Shown here one piece after another: positions 8,763 to 17,661 of a stretch of DNA of 33,678 nt (position 1 is its first letter; each line of letters starts with the position of its first letter). Below the pieces are notes generated by a model. It worked only from the letters and a program-made list of their open reading frames with translations. It searched no databases and was not told the DNA's origin. The DNA lies in the NCBI GenBank assembly GCA_903915665.1, contig CAIWTT010000166.1:1-33678 (forward strand), given 5' to 3'. The stretch comes from an uncultured Archangium sp. Its GTDB lineage: Bacteria > Myxococcota > Myxococcia > Myxococcales > Myxococcaceae. Position numbers and translations under genes: made by a program.

Positions 8763-8778
8763 TGGCACGTCTCTGGCT
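8763..8778 (+). promoter_or_regulatory. candidate sigma-54 (-24/-12) promoter element upstream of the vault-protein gene
   Basis: TGGCACGtctcTGGCT matches the consensus TGGCACG-N4-TTGCW at 15 of 16 positions with correct GG/GC spacing. It lies only about 13 nt before the ATG at 8791, so the geometry is tight and the call is speculative. Confidence 0.2.
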
Positions 8779-8790
8779 CTGCGCCTCCCC

Positions 8791-10905
8791 ATGGCCGACC
8801 GGGACAGCAGCAGGGAACGCGACATCCTCGTGGCATCGAACGAGTACGCCTACGTCCAGGACCTCACCAAGGGCGACATCGTGCTCTACGTGGGCCCCAC
8901 GAAGATCTCGCTGTCGAACACCGAGCGCCTCGTGGAGCTCAAGCTCGACCGCTTCACCCCCATGCGCGGCGAAGAGGGCAACGGCGTCCAGCCCTTCGTC
9001 ACCGCGTCCAGCGCGCAGTACCTGGTGCTCGAGAACCCCGCGAAGGACCCGGCCATGCGGCCGGTCAAGGGCAACAACTCGGCGGTGGAGCTGCGCGTGG
9101 GGCGCCGCGTGGTGGTGCCCGGCCCGGCCACCTTTCCCCTCTGGCCCGGCCAGAAGGCGCGCGTCGTCGCGGGCCACGAGCTCTCCGAAGACCAGTACCT
9201 GCGCCTGCGCGTCTACGACGTGGTCGACGGGGAGAGCGCCGCCATCGGCACCGAGCGCATCATCAAGGGCAGCGAGGTGAGCTTCTTCATTCCCCCCACC
9301 GGCCTCGAGGTGCTCCCCGACGAGAAGGGCAGCTACGTGCGCAACGCCGTCACCCTGCTCGACGGCCAGTACTGCGTGCTCCGCGGGCCGAAGGGGCGCA
9401 GGCGCTACGAGCGCGGGCCGGCCGTGGTCTTCCCCGAGGCGTGGGAAGAGTTCCTGGTGAAGAACGGCACCCGGGTGTGCGCCGCCTGGCCCCTCAAGCG
9501 CGACCGCGGGCTCCACGTGCGCGTGCTCCAGGGCTTCGAGGCCCAGGAGGGCGAGGCCGTGCCGAAGGGCCGCTACGAGCCGGGCCAGGAGCTCTTCGTG
9601 CACGCCCGCGAGGGCTACTTCTTCCCCTCCGAGGCCCTGGAGGTGCTGGGCGAGGTGGCCGCGGTGCAGCTCGCCGCGAAGGAGGCGGTCTACCTGCGCG
9701 ACCTCCACACCGGCGCGGTGCGCACCGTGGAGGGCCCGCTGGCGCTGCTGCCCGACCCCACCCAGGTCGAGCGCGTCAGCCGGGTGCTCGACCCCGAGAC
9801 GGCGAGGCGCTGGGGCCTCTCTCGCGCGGACGCCTCGCGGGCGCCCACGGTGGTGGTGCCCCCCGGCGAGGCGGTGCTGGTGACCGGCACCCAGACCCGC
9901 GAGGTGCTGCGCGGCCCGGCGGTGCGCGTGCTGGCCTTCGACGAGTCGCTCGAGGCGCTGGCCCTCTCCACCGGCACGCCCAAGCGCGACGAGGTGCTGC
10001 TGACCACCTGCTTCCTGCGCGTGGAGGGGAACAAGGTCAGCGACGTGGTGCGGGTGCGCACCGCGGACCACGTGGAGCTCGAGGTGCGCCTCTCGTACCG
10101 GGTGGGCTTCGTGCACCGCGACGGCGTCGACGACGCGCGCTGGTTCTCGGTGTCGAACTACGTGGGCCTGCTGTGCGACCACCTGGGGAGCATCGTGCGC
10201 GCCGCCGTGCGGCTGACGCCCATCGAGCGCTTCCACGCGGCCTCGGCGGAGATTCTGCGCACCGCGCTGCTGGGCGAGAAGAAGGCCGAGAAGCGCAGCG
10301 GCCGCGAGTTCGAAGAGAACGGCATGGCGCTGTCCGACGTAGAGGTGCTCGACGTGCGCATCCTCGACGAGGCCGTGGAGGCGTTGCTCACCGACGCGCA
10401 GCGCACCGCCATCACCGCCGAGGTGGCGCGCAAGGGCGAGCACCTGCGCCTGCAGACCGAGGAGACCCGCGAGGCCGTGGCCCGCGCCATCTGGGCCGCG
10501 CAGCGCGAGACGCTCGGGGTGCAGAACGAGCTCGAGCTGGCTCGCCGCACGCTGCACCTCACCCAGGTGGAGGCCCATGGCGAGGCCGTGCGTCTCGAGG
10601 CCCTGGGTCGCGCCCGCGCCGAGGCCGAGGCGCTGGCCATCACCTCCAGCGCCGAGGGCCTGGCGAAGGAACGGCGCGTGGCCCTCGAAACGCAGCGCCT
10701 GGTGGCGCGCACCGCCGCCTTCAAGGAACAGATGGCCGCGCTCCACCCCGAACTGGTGGCGACCCTCAAGTCCCTGGGCAACCAGCAGTTCGCCGCGTCG
10801 CTCACCCGGAACCTCTCGCCCCTCGCCATCCTGGGTGGAGAGTCGGTGTCGGACGTGGCGCAGCGGCTTCTCGCCGGCCTGCCGGGGATGCGCGAGGAGA
10901 AGTGA
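8791..10905 (+). CDS. major vault protein (MVP) homolog
   Basis: The start is an ATG at 8791 (the track ORF begins at GTG 8725). The N-terminal MVP-repeat signature is present: [37 protein letters not shown] vs human MVP [38 protein letters not shown], and [12 protein letters not shown] vs QDPFPLYPGEV. The shoulder and cap-helix regions align strongly: [133 protein letters not shown] and [72 protein letters not shown]. A coiled-coil follows. 704 aa. Confidence 0.85.
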   Translation: [704 protein letters not shown]

Positions 10906-10959
10906 GGCGCACCGGGCGGCCGGAATTCGGAGGCCATCGCCCTGCTGCTTCCACGGAGG

Positions 10960-11544
10960 CTACGGCACGACGACGGGGACGCGCGTGACGAACAACCCTC
11001 CGGGCCCGCCGATCCACAGCCTCCCCTCGCTCGAGAAGCGGACGATCTTCGCGTCGGCCAGCTGCAGGCCCGTGGGCACCTCCCGCAGGCCCAACAGCAC
11101 GTTGCCCACCCGGAGCCGTCCTTCACTCCACAGCACCGCCAGCGGCCCGGTTCCGGCGGGCGACCAGGACGCCGCCAGGGCCGCGCCGGCGATGGGGCCC
11201 TCGTGTTCCTCCCAGAACGCCTGGCTGTCGAACGCGCGATTCCAGACCAGCTGGTTGGTGCTCCACGAGTTCGCCGCGAGCAGGCTTCCGAACGAAGCGA
11301 AGAGGCGCCGGTTCAGCGTCCCGCCGCTCGGGGAGATCGCCAGCGCGTGGTAGCCGCCGGGCCGCCAGCTTGCCTGCGTGGTCGTCGAGGTCGGGGTGTG
11401 GAACGCCCAGTACTGGAACGTCGACGCCGGATCGAGCGAGAGCACCTCGCCCGCGGAGTCCGCGTCGTTGGCGGTGCTCACCACGATGACGCTGCCCGTG
11501 GCGTCAGTCGTGTTCTGGACCGCCCACCTGGTACCCGGCGCCAC
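10960..11544 (-). CDS. hypothetical protein (Trp/Ser/Thr-rich, probably beta-rich)
   Basis: The frame has GC3 above 90% and a complex, non-repetitive composition (WAVQNTTDATGSVIVVSTANDADSAGEVLSLDPASTFQYWAF...). The most upstream start is a GTG at 11544, only 7 nt from the divergent ORF at 11552, so the true start is probably an internal GTG. Confidence 0.4.
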   Translation of the reverse strand: MAPGTRWAVQNTTDATGSVIVVSTANDADSAGEVLSLDPASTFQYWAFHTPTSTTTQASWRPGGYHALAISPSGGTLNRRLFASFGSLLAANSWSTNQLVWNRAFDSQAFWEEHEGPIAGAALAASWSPAGTGPLAVLWSEGRLRVGNVLLGLREVPTGLQLADAKIVRFSSEGRLWIGGPGGLFVTRVPVVVP

Positions 11545-11551
11545 GCTGACG

Positions 11552-11833
11552 ATGGATCAGCTCGCGGGCAGCGGACTGCACAAGAAGAGCGAGGGCGACC
11601 TTTACGAGATCCATGCGCTCACCTCGGCCAGGCTCGAGGTCCTCGAAGGGCCGCTGAACCACCGCGAGGAGAAGCTCATCGACACCGTCGACTGGAGCGA
11701 ACAGTGGCGGCTGCGCTGGTCGTTCGAGTTCGGGGGGGGCCAGCAGCGCTGGGAAGGTGAAGACCTGGTGGGCCGCGGCCCTGGCACCGAGGTCGGCACC
11801 GACGCCTTCACGCCGCCTGATCCGAAGCCCTGA
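11552..11833 (+). CDS. small hypothetical protein (93 aa)
   Basis: ATG at 11552. The frame has high GC3 (MDQLAGSGLHKKSEGDLYEIHALTSARLEVLEGPLNHREEKLIDTVDWSEQWRLRWSFEFGGGQQRWEGEDLVGRG...). The overlapping antisense frame is P/R/S-rich junk. The ORF contains a G8 homopolymer at 11732-11739. Confidence 0.35.
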   Translation: MDQLAGSGLHKKSEGDLYEIHALTSARLEVLEGPLNHREEKLIDTVDWSEQWRLRWSFEFGGGQQRWEGEDLVGRGPGTEVGTDAFTPPDPKP

Positions 11834-11968
11834 GCGAGAGGCCGGGCAGGGAGGGACGGCCGCGGGAACCGGGGCATCGCGATCAGGGCATCGCTGTCAC
11901 GGTTCGGCCGCTGGCCGCAGGGCCTTCCGAGCGGAGGACGCCGGCGCGGCAGTGCTGTGGGGGGCCGC

Positions 11969-12346
11969 ATGCGCACTTCGCGCTGGTTGCTCGGTTCCCT
12001 GGCGTTGTTGGGTTGTGGACTCTCCAGCTTCTCCGGGGCAGGCGACGGCGCTGGCAGCAGCGTCGTCCCCGCCAACCCCGGCGCCAGCGGCACCCTCACC
12101 GCCGGCGCGTGGGACGACTCGCTGAACTTCCCGTCGCAGCGAAGCGGCGTCTGCGCTGCGGCTCGTGCAGGAGGGCGTCGGCCTCAGCGCGGGCGAGGGC
12201 AGGCTGAATGGACCACGAGCCGCCCCCGCCCCCGCGCCGGCTTCGAGGTGAGCACCGCGCTCAACCTGCTGCGGCCGCTGCTCGACGCCCTGCCTCAGCC
12301 GATACGGGGCGAGGCCGACGTCGACGAGAAGCTCACCCTGGAGTGA
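11969..12346 (+). pseudogene. lipoprotein-signal ORF that loses coding character after about 55 codons (probable disrupted lipoprotein gene)
   Basis: ATG at 11969. MRTSRWLLGSLALLGCGLSS is a good lipoprotein signal with an LLGC lipobox. GC3 is high for about 55 codons, then falls and the translation becomes R/G-rich. The 3' part carries a 33-nt exact copy of REC-domain codons from the gene at 19298. Confidence 0.3.
12229..12261. repeat. 33-nt exact dispersed repeat (copy 1 of 2)
   Basis: cccgcgccggcttcgaggtgagcaccgcgctca is identical to 19371-19403, which lies inside the REC-EAL gene and encodes RAGFEVSTAL. Confidence 0.85.
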
Positions 12347-15272
12347 TCGGAGCCAACGGGAGCGTCACGGTCGCGGTCGTTCCCTGTCCGACGACGCTGT
12401 GCACCTCGAGACCGCCGCCCAGGCCCTGCGCGATCCCCAGTGCCACCGGGAGCCCCAGGCCCTTGCCTCTTCCCACGCCGCGGGTGGTGAAGAAGGGATC
12501 GAAGATCCTCGGCATGATCTCGGGGGCGATGCCGGTGCCGGTGTCGACGACGCGCACCTTGACCACCCGCCCACTGACCTCGGCGCTGATTCGCACCGAG
12601 TGGGCCTGCGCCTGGCCCGCATTGACCAGCAGGCAGCCGAAGAGCTGGGCCAGCTCGGCCTCGCTGCCGGTCACGGGGGGCAGCGTCGCAGGCAGCTCCA
12701 CCGACAGTGCGGCGTCGGCGGCGCGGGCGTGGCGCGCGACCTGCGCCGCGCGGTCCAGCGCCGCGGCGAGCTCGCACGTCCCCTCGGAGGTGTGCTGGCC
12801 CAGGGCGAAGGACCGGAGATCAGCCACGAGGTCACGGACGCGCACCGTGCCGGCAGCGGCATCAGCGAGCGCCTCCTTCAGCTCGGCCAGGGAGAGGGGC
12901 GGGGCCGCGCTGAGCTGCTCCTGCGCGAAGCTGACGTTCGCGAGGATGATGGCCAGCGGGTTGTTCATCTCGTGGGCCATGCCCGCGGCCAGGGTGCCCA
13001 GCGAGGCCACCCGCTCGGCCCGCGCGGTGCGCACGTGCAGGTCCCTGAGCTGCTGCTCCGCCAGCTCGCGCGCGGTGACGTCCGTGGACATGCCGCACAA
13101 ACCGGTGACCCGGTCGTGGTCGTCACGCAGGGGGAACTTGATGGAGAGGAGCGAGGCCGCTCCCAGCTTCTCCAACCGCTCCACCACGGAGCCCGCCTCC
13201 ATCACCTCGAGGTCGACACTTCGAAAGGCTGCCGCGGTCGGGCCCGGAAACAGCTCCTGGTCGGTCTTGCCGAGCACGTGCTCGCGCTTCAAGCCGGTCG
13301 CGGCTTCCCAGCGGGCGTTGACCAGCCGGTACCGGCCGTCTCGCTCCTTCGCGTAGATGAGCGCGCCGCTGTTCTCGACGAGCTCGGACAGGAATCGCTG
13401 GCTCTGGCGCAGGGCCTCCTGCGTGCGCTTGCGCTCGCTGATGTCGAGGTGGGTCCCGGCGGCGCGCAGCGGCGTGCCGTCGGCGGCGCGTTGCATCACC
13501 ACGCCCGAGTCGAGGATCCAGACCCAGTGCCCGTCCTTGTGCCGGAGCCGGTGCTCGCACGCGTACGAGGCGGTCTCGCCCCGCAGGTGCGCGCCGAGCA
13601 CCGCGTTCGTCTCGGCCTGGTCATCGGGGTGCACCAGGTTCTCCCAGCTCGACACGTTCGGCGCGACCTCGGCCAGCGTGAAGCCCAGCATCTCCGCCCA
13701 GCGCTCGTTGAAGGTGACCCGCCCCGAGGGAACGTCCCAGTCCCAGAGCCCGAGCTGACCCCCTCGCAGCGCCAGGCGAAGCCTCGACTCGCTCTCCTCG
13801 ATCTTCGCCTCCGCGTCCCGATGGCTGGTGATGTCGACGCACGAGCCGATGTAGCCGACGAAGGTCTCCTGCTCGTCATGCTGGGGAGTCCCTGTGTCCA
13901 CCAGCCAGCGCCAGGCGCCATCGTGGCGCCGGAGCCGGTACTCCATGGTGAAGGGCACGCGCCGTTCGAACGAGCCCACGTAGGTGTCGAGGCACCGCTG
14001 CAGATCGTCCGGGTGAACGCCCTCGGTCCAGCCGTTGCCCAGCTCCTGCGCCATCGTGCGGCCGGTGAAGTCGAGCCAGGGCTTGTTGAACCAAGAGCAG
14101 CGCTTGTCCAGGCCCGAGGTCCAGATGAGCACGGGCGCGCTGTCAGCCATCGACCGGAAGCGCAGCTCGCTCTCCGAGAGCGCCGCGTGCGCCTGGAGCA
14201 GCTCGCGGTTCATCTCGCGCGCGGCCTCCACGGCGTGGTCCCGGCGGCGGAACAGCACCCAGACCAGGTAAGCGATGAGGAGGCTCAAGGCGGCGTCGCC
14301 CAGGGCCACCAGCGCGGGCCTGCGGCTCGCCAGCCGGGCGGCGAGCGGCGAACCGATCCGGAAGGAGAGGGTCCAGGGGTGACCGGAGACCGTGATGGTG
14401 CGCTGGGTCTCGAGCAGCGGGGCAACCCCGTCGGCGCCGGTGGACTCGTACAGCACCGCGGCGCTCGTCGAATCGCCGTCGTGGATCCGCATGAGCAACT
14501 CGTCGCTCCGCGCCCCGAGAGTGCCCGCGATGAGGTCGCCCATCCGGAAGGGCATGTACGCCCAGCCCAGCAGTTGCTCGCGCCGTTGGCTGACGTCGCT
14601 GGGCGCTGGGCCGCTCCGGTACACCGGCAGGTACATCAGGACGCCGGCCTGCACCGCGGTCTGCGTCTCCTGCACCAGCGTGACCTTGCCGGACAGCACC
14701 GCCCGGCCCTCGTCACGGGCCCTCGCCATGGCCTCCCGGCGCACGGGCTCCGAGTACATGTCGTAGCCGATGGCCTTGAGGTTCCTCCCGGAGTTCGGCT
14801 CGAGGAAGGTGATCGACGTGTAGAACTCGCGCGGCCCGGGGGGCCGGACCTGGTAGCCGGGCACCGCCTCCTGCTGCCCGCGGACGTGACCGTCGAGCGC
14901 AGCCGCGGGGACGACGAGCGCGAAGCCCACGCCCTGGATGCCCGGGTAGTGCTCCTCGAGGCGCAGCGCGGCGACGTAGTCGTGGAACGCGTGGCGGTCC
15001 ACGCGCTCCGAAGCGGAGAACAGGGCCGCCACCCCGCGGAGCACCTGCTCATGGGCCGCCATGCGCGTCGCCACGTGCTCCTCGGCGTCCTGCACGCTGA
15101 ACTCGAAGTTGGTCCGCAGCCGGTCTGCTTCGCCGGCATCGGAACGGCTCCACGCGCCCCACGTCACGCCCAGCCCCACGAAGAGCACCAGCCCCGAAAC
15201 GAGCACGGCGAGCCGACGCCCCGCAGGGCGCGCGAGCCTGGCCTGCGTCAGCGTGGATGTGGAGTCCTGCAC
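12333..15272 (-). CDS. sensor histidine kinase: N-terminal TM + CHASE sensor, three PAS/PAC domains, HisKA and HATPase_c
   Basis: GTG start at 15272, with the TM helix LAVLVSGLVLFVGLGVTWGAW. The CHASE-like segment reads EFYTSITFLEPNSGRNLKAIGYDMYSEPVRREAMARARDEGRAVLSGKVTLVQE. The PAS/PAC blocks contain WRWLVDTG, GHWVWILDSG and GLCGMSTDVT. The H-box is MAHEMNNPLAII, and the G-boxes are VVDTGTGI and GLGLPVALGIAQGLGG. Confidence 0.9.
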   Translation of the reverse strand: MQDSTSTLTQARLARPAGRRLAVLVSGLVLFVGLGVTWGAWSRSDAGEADRLRTNFEFSVQDAEEHVATRMAAHEQVLRGVAALFSASERVDRHAFHDYVAALRLEEHYPGIQGVGFALVVPAAALDGHVRGQQEAVPGYQVRPPGPREFYTSITFLEPNSGRNLKAIGYDMYSEPVRREAMARARDEGRAVLSGKVTLVQETQTAVQAGVLMYLPVYRSGPAPSDVSQRREQLLGWAYMPFRMGDLIAGTLGARSDELLMRIHDGDSTSAAVLYESTGADGVAPLLETQRTITVSGHPWTLSFRIGSPLAARLASRRPALVALGDAALSLLIAYLVWVLFRRRDHAVEAAREMNRELLQAHAALSESELRFRSMADSAPVLIWTSGLDKRCSWFNKPWLDFTGRTMAQELGNGWTEGVHPDDLQRCLDTYVGSFERRVPFTMEYRLRRHDGAWRWLVDTGTPQHDEQETFVGYIGSCVDITSHRDAEAKIEESESRLRLALRGGQLGLWDWDVPSGRVTFNERWAEMLGFTLAEVAPNVSSWENLVHPDDQAETNAVLGAHLRGETASYACEHRLRHKDGHWVWILDSGVVMQRAADGTPLRAAGTHLDISERKRTQEALRQSQRFLSELVENSGALIYAKERDGRYRLVNARWEAATGLKREHVLGKTDQELFPGPTAAAFRSVDLEVMEAGSVVERLEKLGAASLLSIKFPLRDDHDRVTGLCGMSTDVTARELAEQQLRDLHVRTARAERVASLGTLAAGMAHEMNNPLAIILANVSFAQEQLSAAPPLSLAELKEALADAAAGTVRVRDLVADLRSFALGQHTSEGTCELAAALDRAAQVARHARAADAALSVELPATLPPVTGSEAELAQLFGCLLVNAGQAQAHSVRISAEVSGRVVKVRVVDTGTGIAPEIMPRIFDPFFTTRGVGRGKGLGLPVALGIAQGLGGGLEVHSVVGQGTTATVTLPLAPITPG

Positions 15273-15694
15273 GGGAGAGTGAACGCACCGTACACGGCTG
15301 GGCGGCCCTCCCCGACAATGGTGAGCGCGGCGGATAAGCGCGCCTTCCTGCCGCCAGTGTCGACCCCGGTTGATTCACCGCGCCAGGTCCGCATTGGAGC
15401 TGACGGCGGTGGCCCTGGTGAAGCGCCGCGTGGCCCACTCGGCGTGCCGTCCTCCGCTGTCCGAAGCCAAGCTCGACGTGGCCGTCGACCGCGAAGGCGA
15501 GCGCATCGGGCGCCGCGTCCGTGCCGTCGTCACCCACCACGCCACCGCCGAGGCCCTCTCCCCTGGCCACGCACCGCCATAGCCTTCGCTCAGGCCTCTG
15601 ACGCCTCGCGGTCTGCGTGTCCCGACAGGCACGGCACGCCTCCGCCCGCGATGCTCGTGACGGCCGGGTCGGCCCGGCCGGTCGGTTGGCAGGG

Positions 15695-17530
15695 CTACAT
15701 CGACATGATGTACGAGTTGCCGGTGTCGATTTCGTACCGCACGAGCCCTGCCAGAATGACGAAGTACAAGACGTTGGGGTTGGTGGGGTCGAGCGCCACC
15801 GCGCCGTAGCCATTGTAGTTGTTGTTATCGAGCGCGCCCTTCGCGCCCTGCAGCTGCGAATACTTCCCGGGCAACACGGGCTGCGTCACCCCAATCGAGA
15901 AGAGGCCCTGCGCGGTGTTGCCGTTGGCGAGGCTGTGGACGGAGCACTTGCGCGCCGCGGACGTGCCGCACGCGAAGAGGAGCTGTCGGTTCTCGTCGAC
16001 GAAGAAGTTGGTCTCGCCGATGCCGCCAATGGTGGAGATGGTCGAGAAGGCCGTCCGGTTGCCGGTGGTGTCGTTGATGGCCAGCAGCGTGGAGTTCGTG
16101 AACGCATAGACCACGCCGCCGCGGTGGAGCAGCCCGCTGATGGTGCCGTACTGCGGCGTCAGCCCGGTACCGATGTTGGGCAGCGGCTGGGTGGTGTTGT
16201 TCGACGCCCACCGCGAGACGTGCGTGCAGGTGGTGCCGTCCGCGCTGATGCGCATCACCCCAACGCCGTCAGCCTTCCAGCCGACGAAGAAGCTGCCGTC
16301 GGTGGCCAGCGCGAAGGCGCGCTCGTCGGGCTGCACCGGGAGGAAGCCGCTGGCATACGACGTGCTCACCCGACCATCGAAGCACTGGCCGTAGGGGTAG
16401 CTGGGAGTCGAGGCCTCCGCGAGCGACTGTCGCCGCCACACCAGCGTGCGCGCGCCGGTCTGCGGGTCGACCCGGGTGATCTCCACGTTGTTCAGCGTGT
16501 CGGAGCCCATCGTGTAGATCTTCCCATCCGTGCCCAGCTTGGCGTCGACCAGGAACGGCAACGCTTCGCCCTGCGGCGTGTAGCCGCTGCCCACGTCGAC
16601 GCGACCGCTGGTCGGGTCCAGATACGAACCCGAGACCACGCGACGGTTCCCGTTGGTGAGGTTGAACGCGTAGATGGCGCCGGGCTTGAGGGTCGCCACG
16701 TTCGGGTTGGTGTAGTGCACCACCGCGTACAGCTCGCCCTGGTGAATGAAGCCGCCGCCCCACTTGGCGAGGTTGATGCCGTACGCGTTCGGCCCCACGC
16801 CGCGGCGCAGGCCCGCGGTCCACGCGTCGGATCCAGGGCGACATTCCTGCATCAGGGTGTTGGCGCGGTTGCACCGGCAATCCATCTCCAGGCTCGTGGT
16901 CGCCGCCATGTACAGGTCGTCGTCGCAGGCCAGCGGGTAGAACGCGCTCATGCGCTGCGAGGGATCCATCGACGAGGCGCAGAACTCGTTGGCCGTGGGG
17001 TTGATGCCTGCGTCGGCGTTGAAGGTGTACCAGCAGCGCTCACCGATGAGGCAGGTCTGCACCACCTCGGGCAACAGCATGCCGCAGCTGTTGACGAGCC
17101 CCAGGGTCGTCTCCGCCGGGCCGCTGACGGCCCCCGCGGTGTGACACTTGAGCTGAGGATTGGAGCCCAACGGACACACGCAGCCGACCCCTGCATCAGC
17201 CAACACGGTGCAGGGCGCCGTCGACGCACAGTTGCCGACGAGCGTGCGCCCACCGCAGCTGTCCTGGTTCACGATGGCGAGCGGGTTCGTGGCGGAACAC
17301 ACCCGCGTGACGCCGCCGTCCGGAAGACAGGTCGCTCCGCCGCCGCCCGTCCCTCCGCCGGTGGTGCCGCCGCCCGTCCCTCCGCCGGTGGTGCCGCCGC
17401 CCGTCCCTCCGCCCGCGGTGCCGCCGCCCGTCTCTCCGCCCGCGGTGCCGCCGCCCGCCCCTCCGTCATTGGCCGGTACGGGAGAGCTGCAGGCCGCCAG
17501 AACGGAGACCAGGACAAGGATCGAGCGCAT
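15695..17530 (-). CDS. secreted lipoprotein with Gly-rich repeat linker, Cys-rich module and beta-propeller-like domain
   Basis: ATG at 17530, with the signal MRSILVLVSVLAAC and an LAAC lipobox. The track begins at GTG 17539. The linker is (GGGTxGGGT)n, followed by about 20 Cys in the first 200 mature residues and then a long beta-rich domain. High GC3. Confidence 0.85.
   Translation of the reverse strand: MRSILVLVSVLAACSSPVPANDGGAGGGTAGGETGGGTAGGGTGGGTTGGGTGGGTTGGGTGGGGATCLPDGGVTRVCSATNPLAIVNQDSCGGRTLVGNCASTAPCTVLADAGVGCVCPLGSNPQLKCHTAGAVSGPAETTLGLVNSCGMLLPEVVQTCLIGERCWYTFNADAGINPTANEFCASSMDPSQRMSAFYPLACDDDLYMAATTSLEMDCRCNRANTLMQECRPGSDAWTAGLRRGVGPNAYGINLAKWGGGFIHQGELYAVVHYTNPNVATLKPGAIYAFNLTNGNRRVVSGSYLDPTSGRVDVGSGYTPQGEALPFLVDAKLGTDGKIYTMGSDTLNNVEITRVDPQTGARTLVWRRQSLAEASTPSYPYGQCFDGRVSTSYASGFLPVQPDERAFALATDGSFFVGWKADGVGVMRISADGTTCTHVSRWASNNTTQPLPNIGTGLTPQYGTISGLLHRGGVVYAFTNSTLLAINDTTGNRTAFSTISTIGGIGETNFFVDENRQLLFACGTSAARKCSVHSLANGNTAQGLFSIGVTQPVLPGKYSQLQGAKGALDNNNYNGYGAVALDPTNPNVLYFVILAGLVRYEIDTGNSYIMSM
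17338..17460. repeat. 30-nt tandem repeat x4 (imperfect) encoding the GGGT(T/A)GGGTG linker
   Basis: The unit gccgccgcccgtccctccgccggtggtgcc is repeated with point changes. Confidence 0.75.
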
Positions 17531-17661
17531 TTGGGACACGGGGACTCTTGGGAGGTTGGGACCGTGCGGGGGAGCGCGGTGTGGGAACGCTACCGGCGCA
17601 CCGTGGCGACTTCACCAACTTCTTCGCAGAACATCCCGGCCCGTCTCGCCGGCCCTTCTCG

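Noticed and set aside
10158-11126. 322-aa minus ORF and 10577..11353 plus ORF around the MVP 3' end
   Set aside because: They are Ser/Arg/Ala/Pro-rich shadow frames overlapping the MVP gene and the 10960..11544 ORF.
15370-15582. 70-aa TTG-initiated ORF in the 420-nt gap between the kinase and lipoprotein genes
   Set aside because: GC3 is only moderately elevated, and there is no start context, SD or recognisable motif. I cannot distinguish it from GC-driven noise.
15661-15680. Perfect 8-bp hairpin cggccggg-tcgg-cccggccg 15 nt after the lipoprotein stop
   Set aside because: It could be a U-less terminator or an mRNA-stabilising hairpin. There is no U tract, and such GC palindromes are frequent in this composition.
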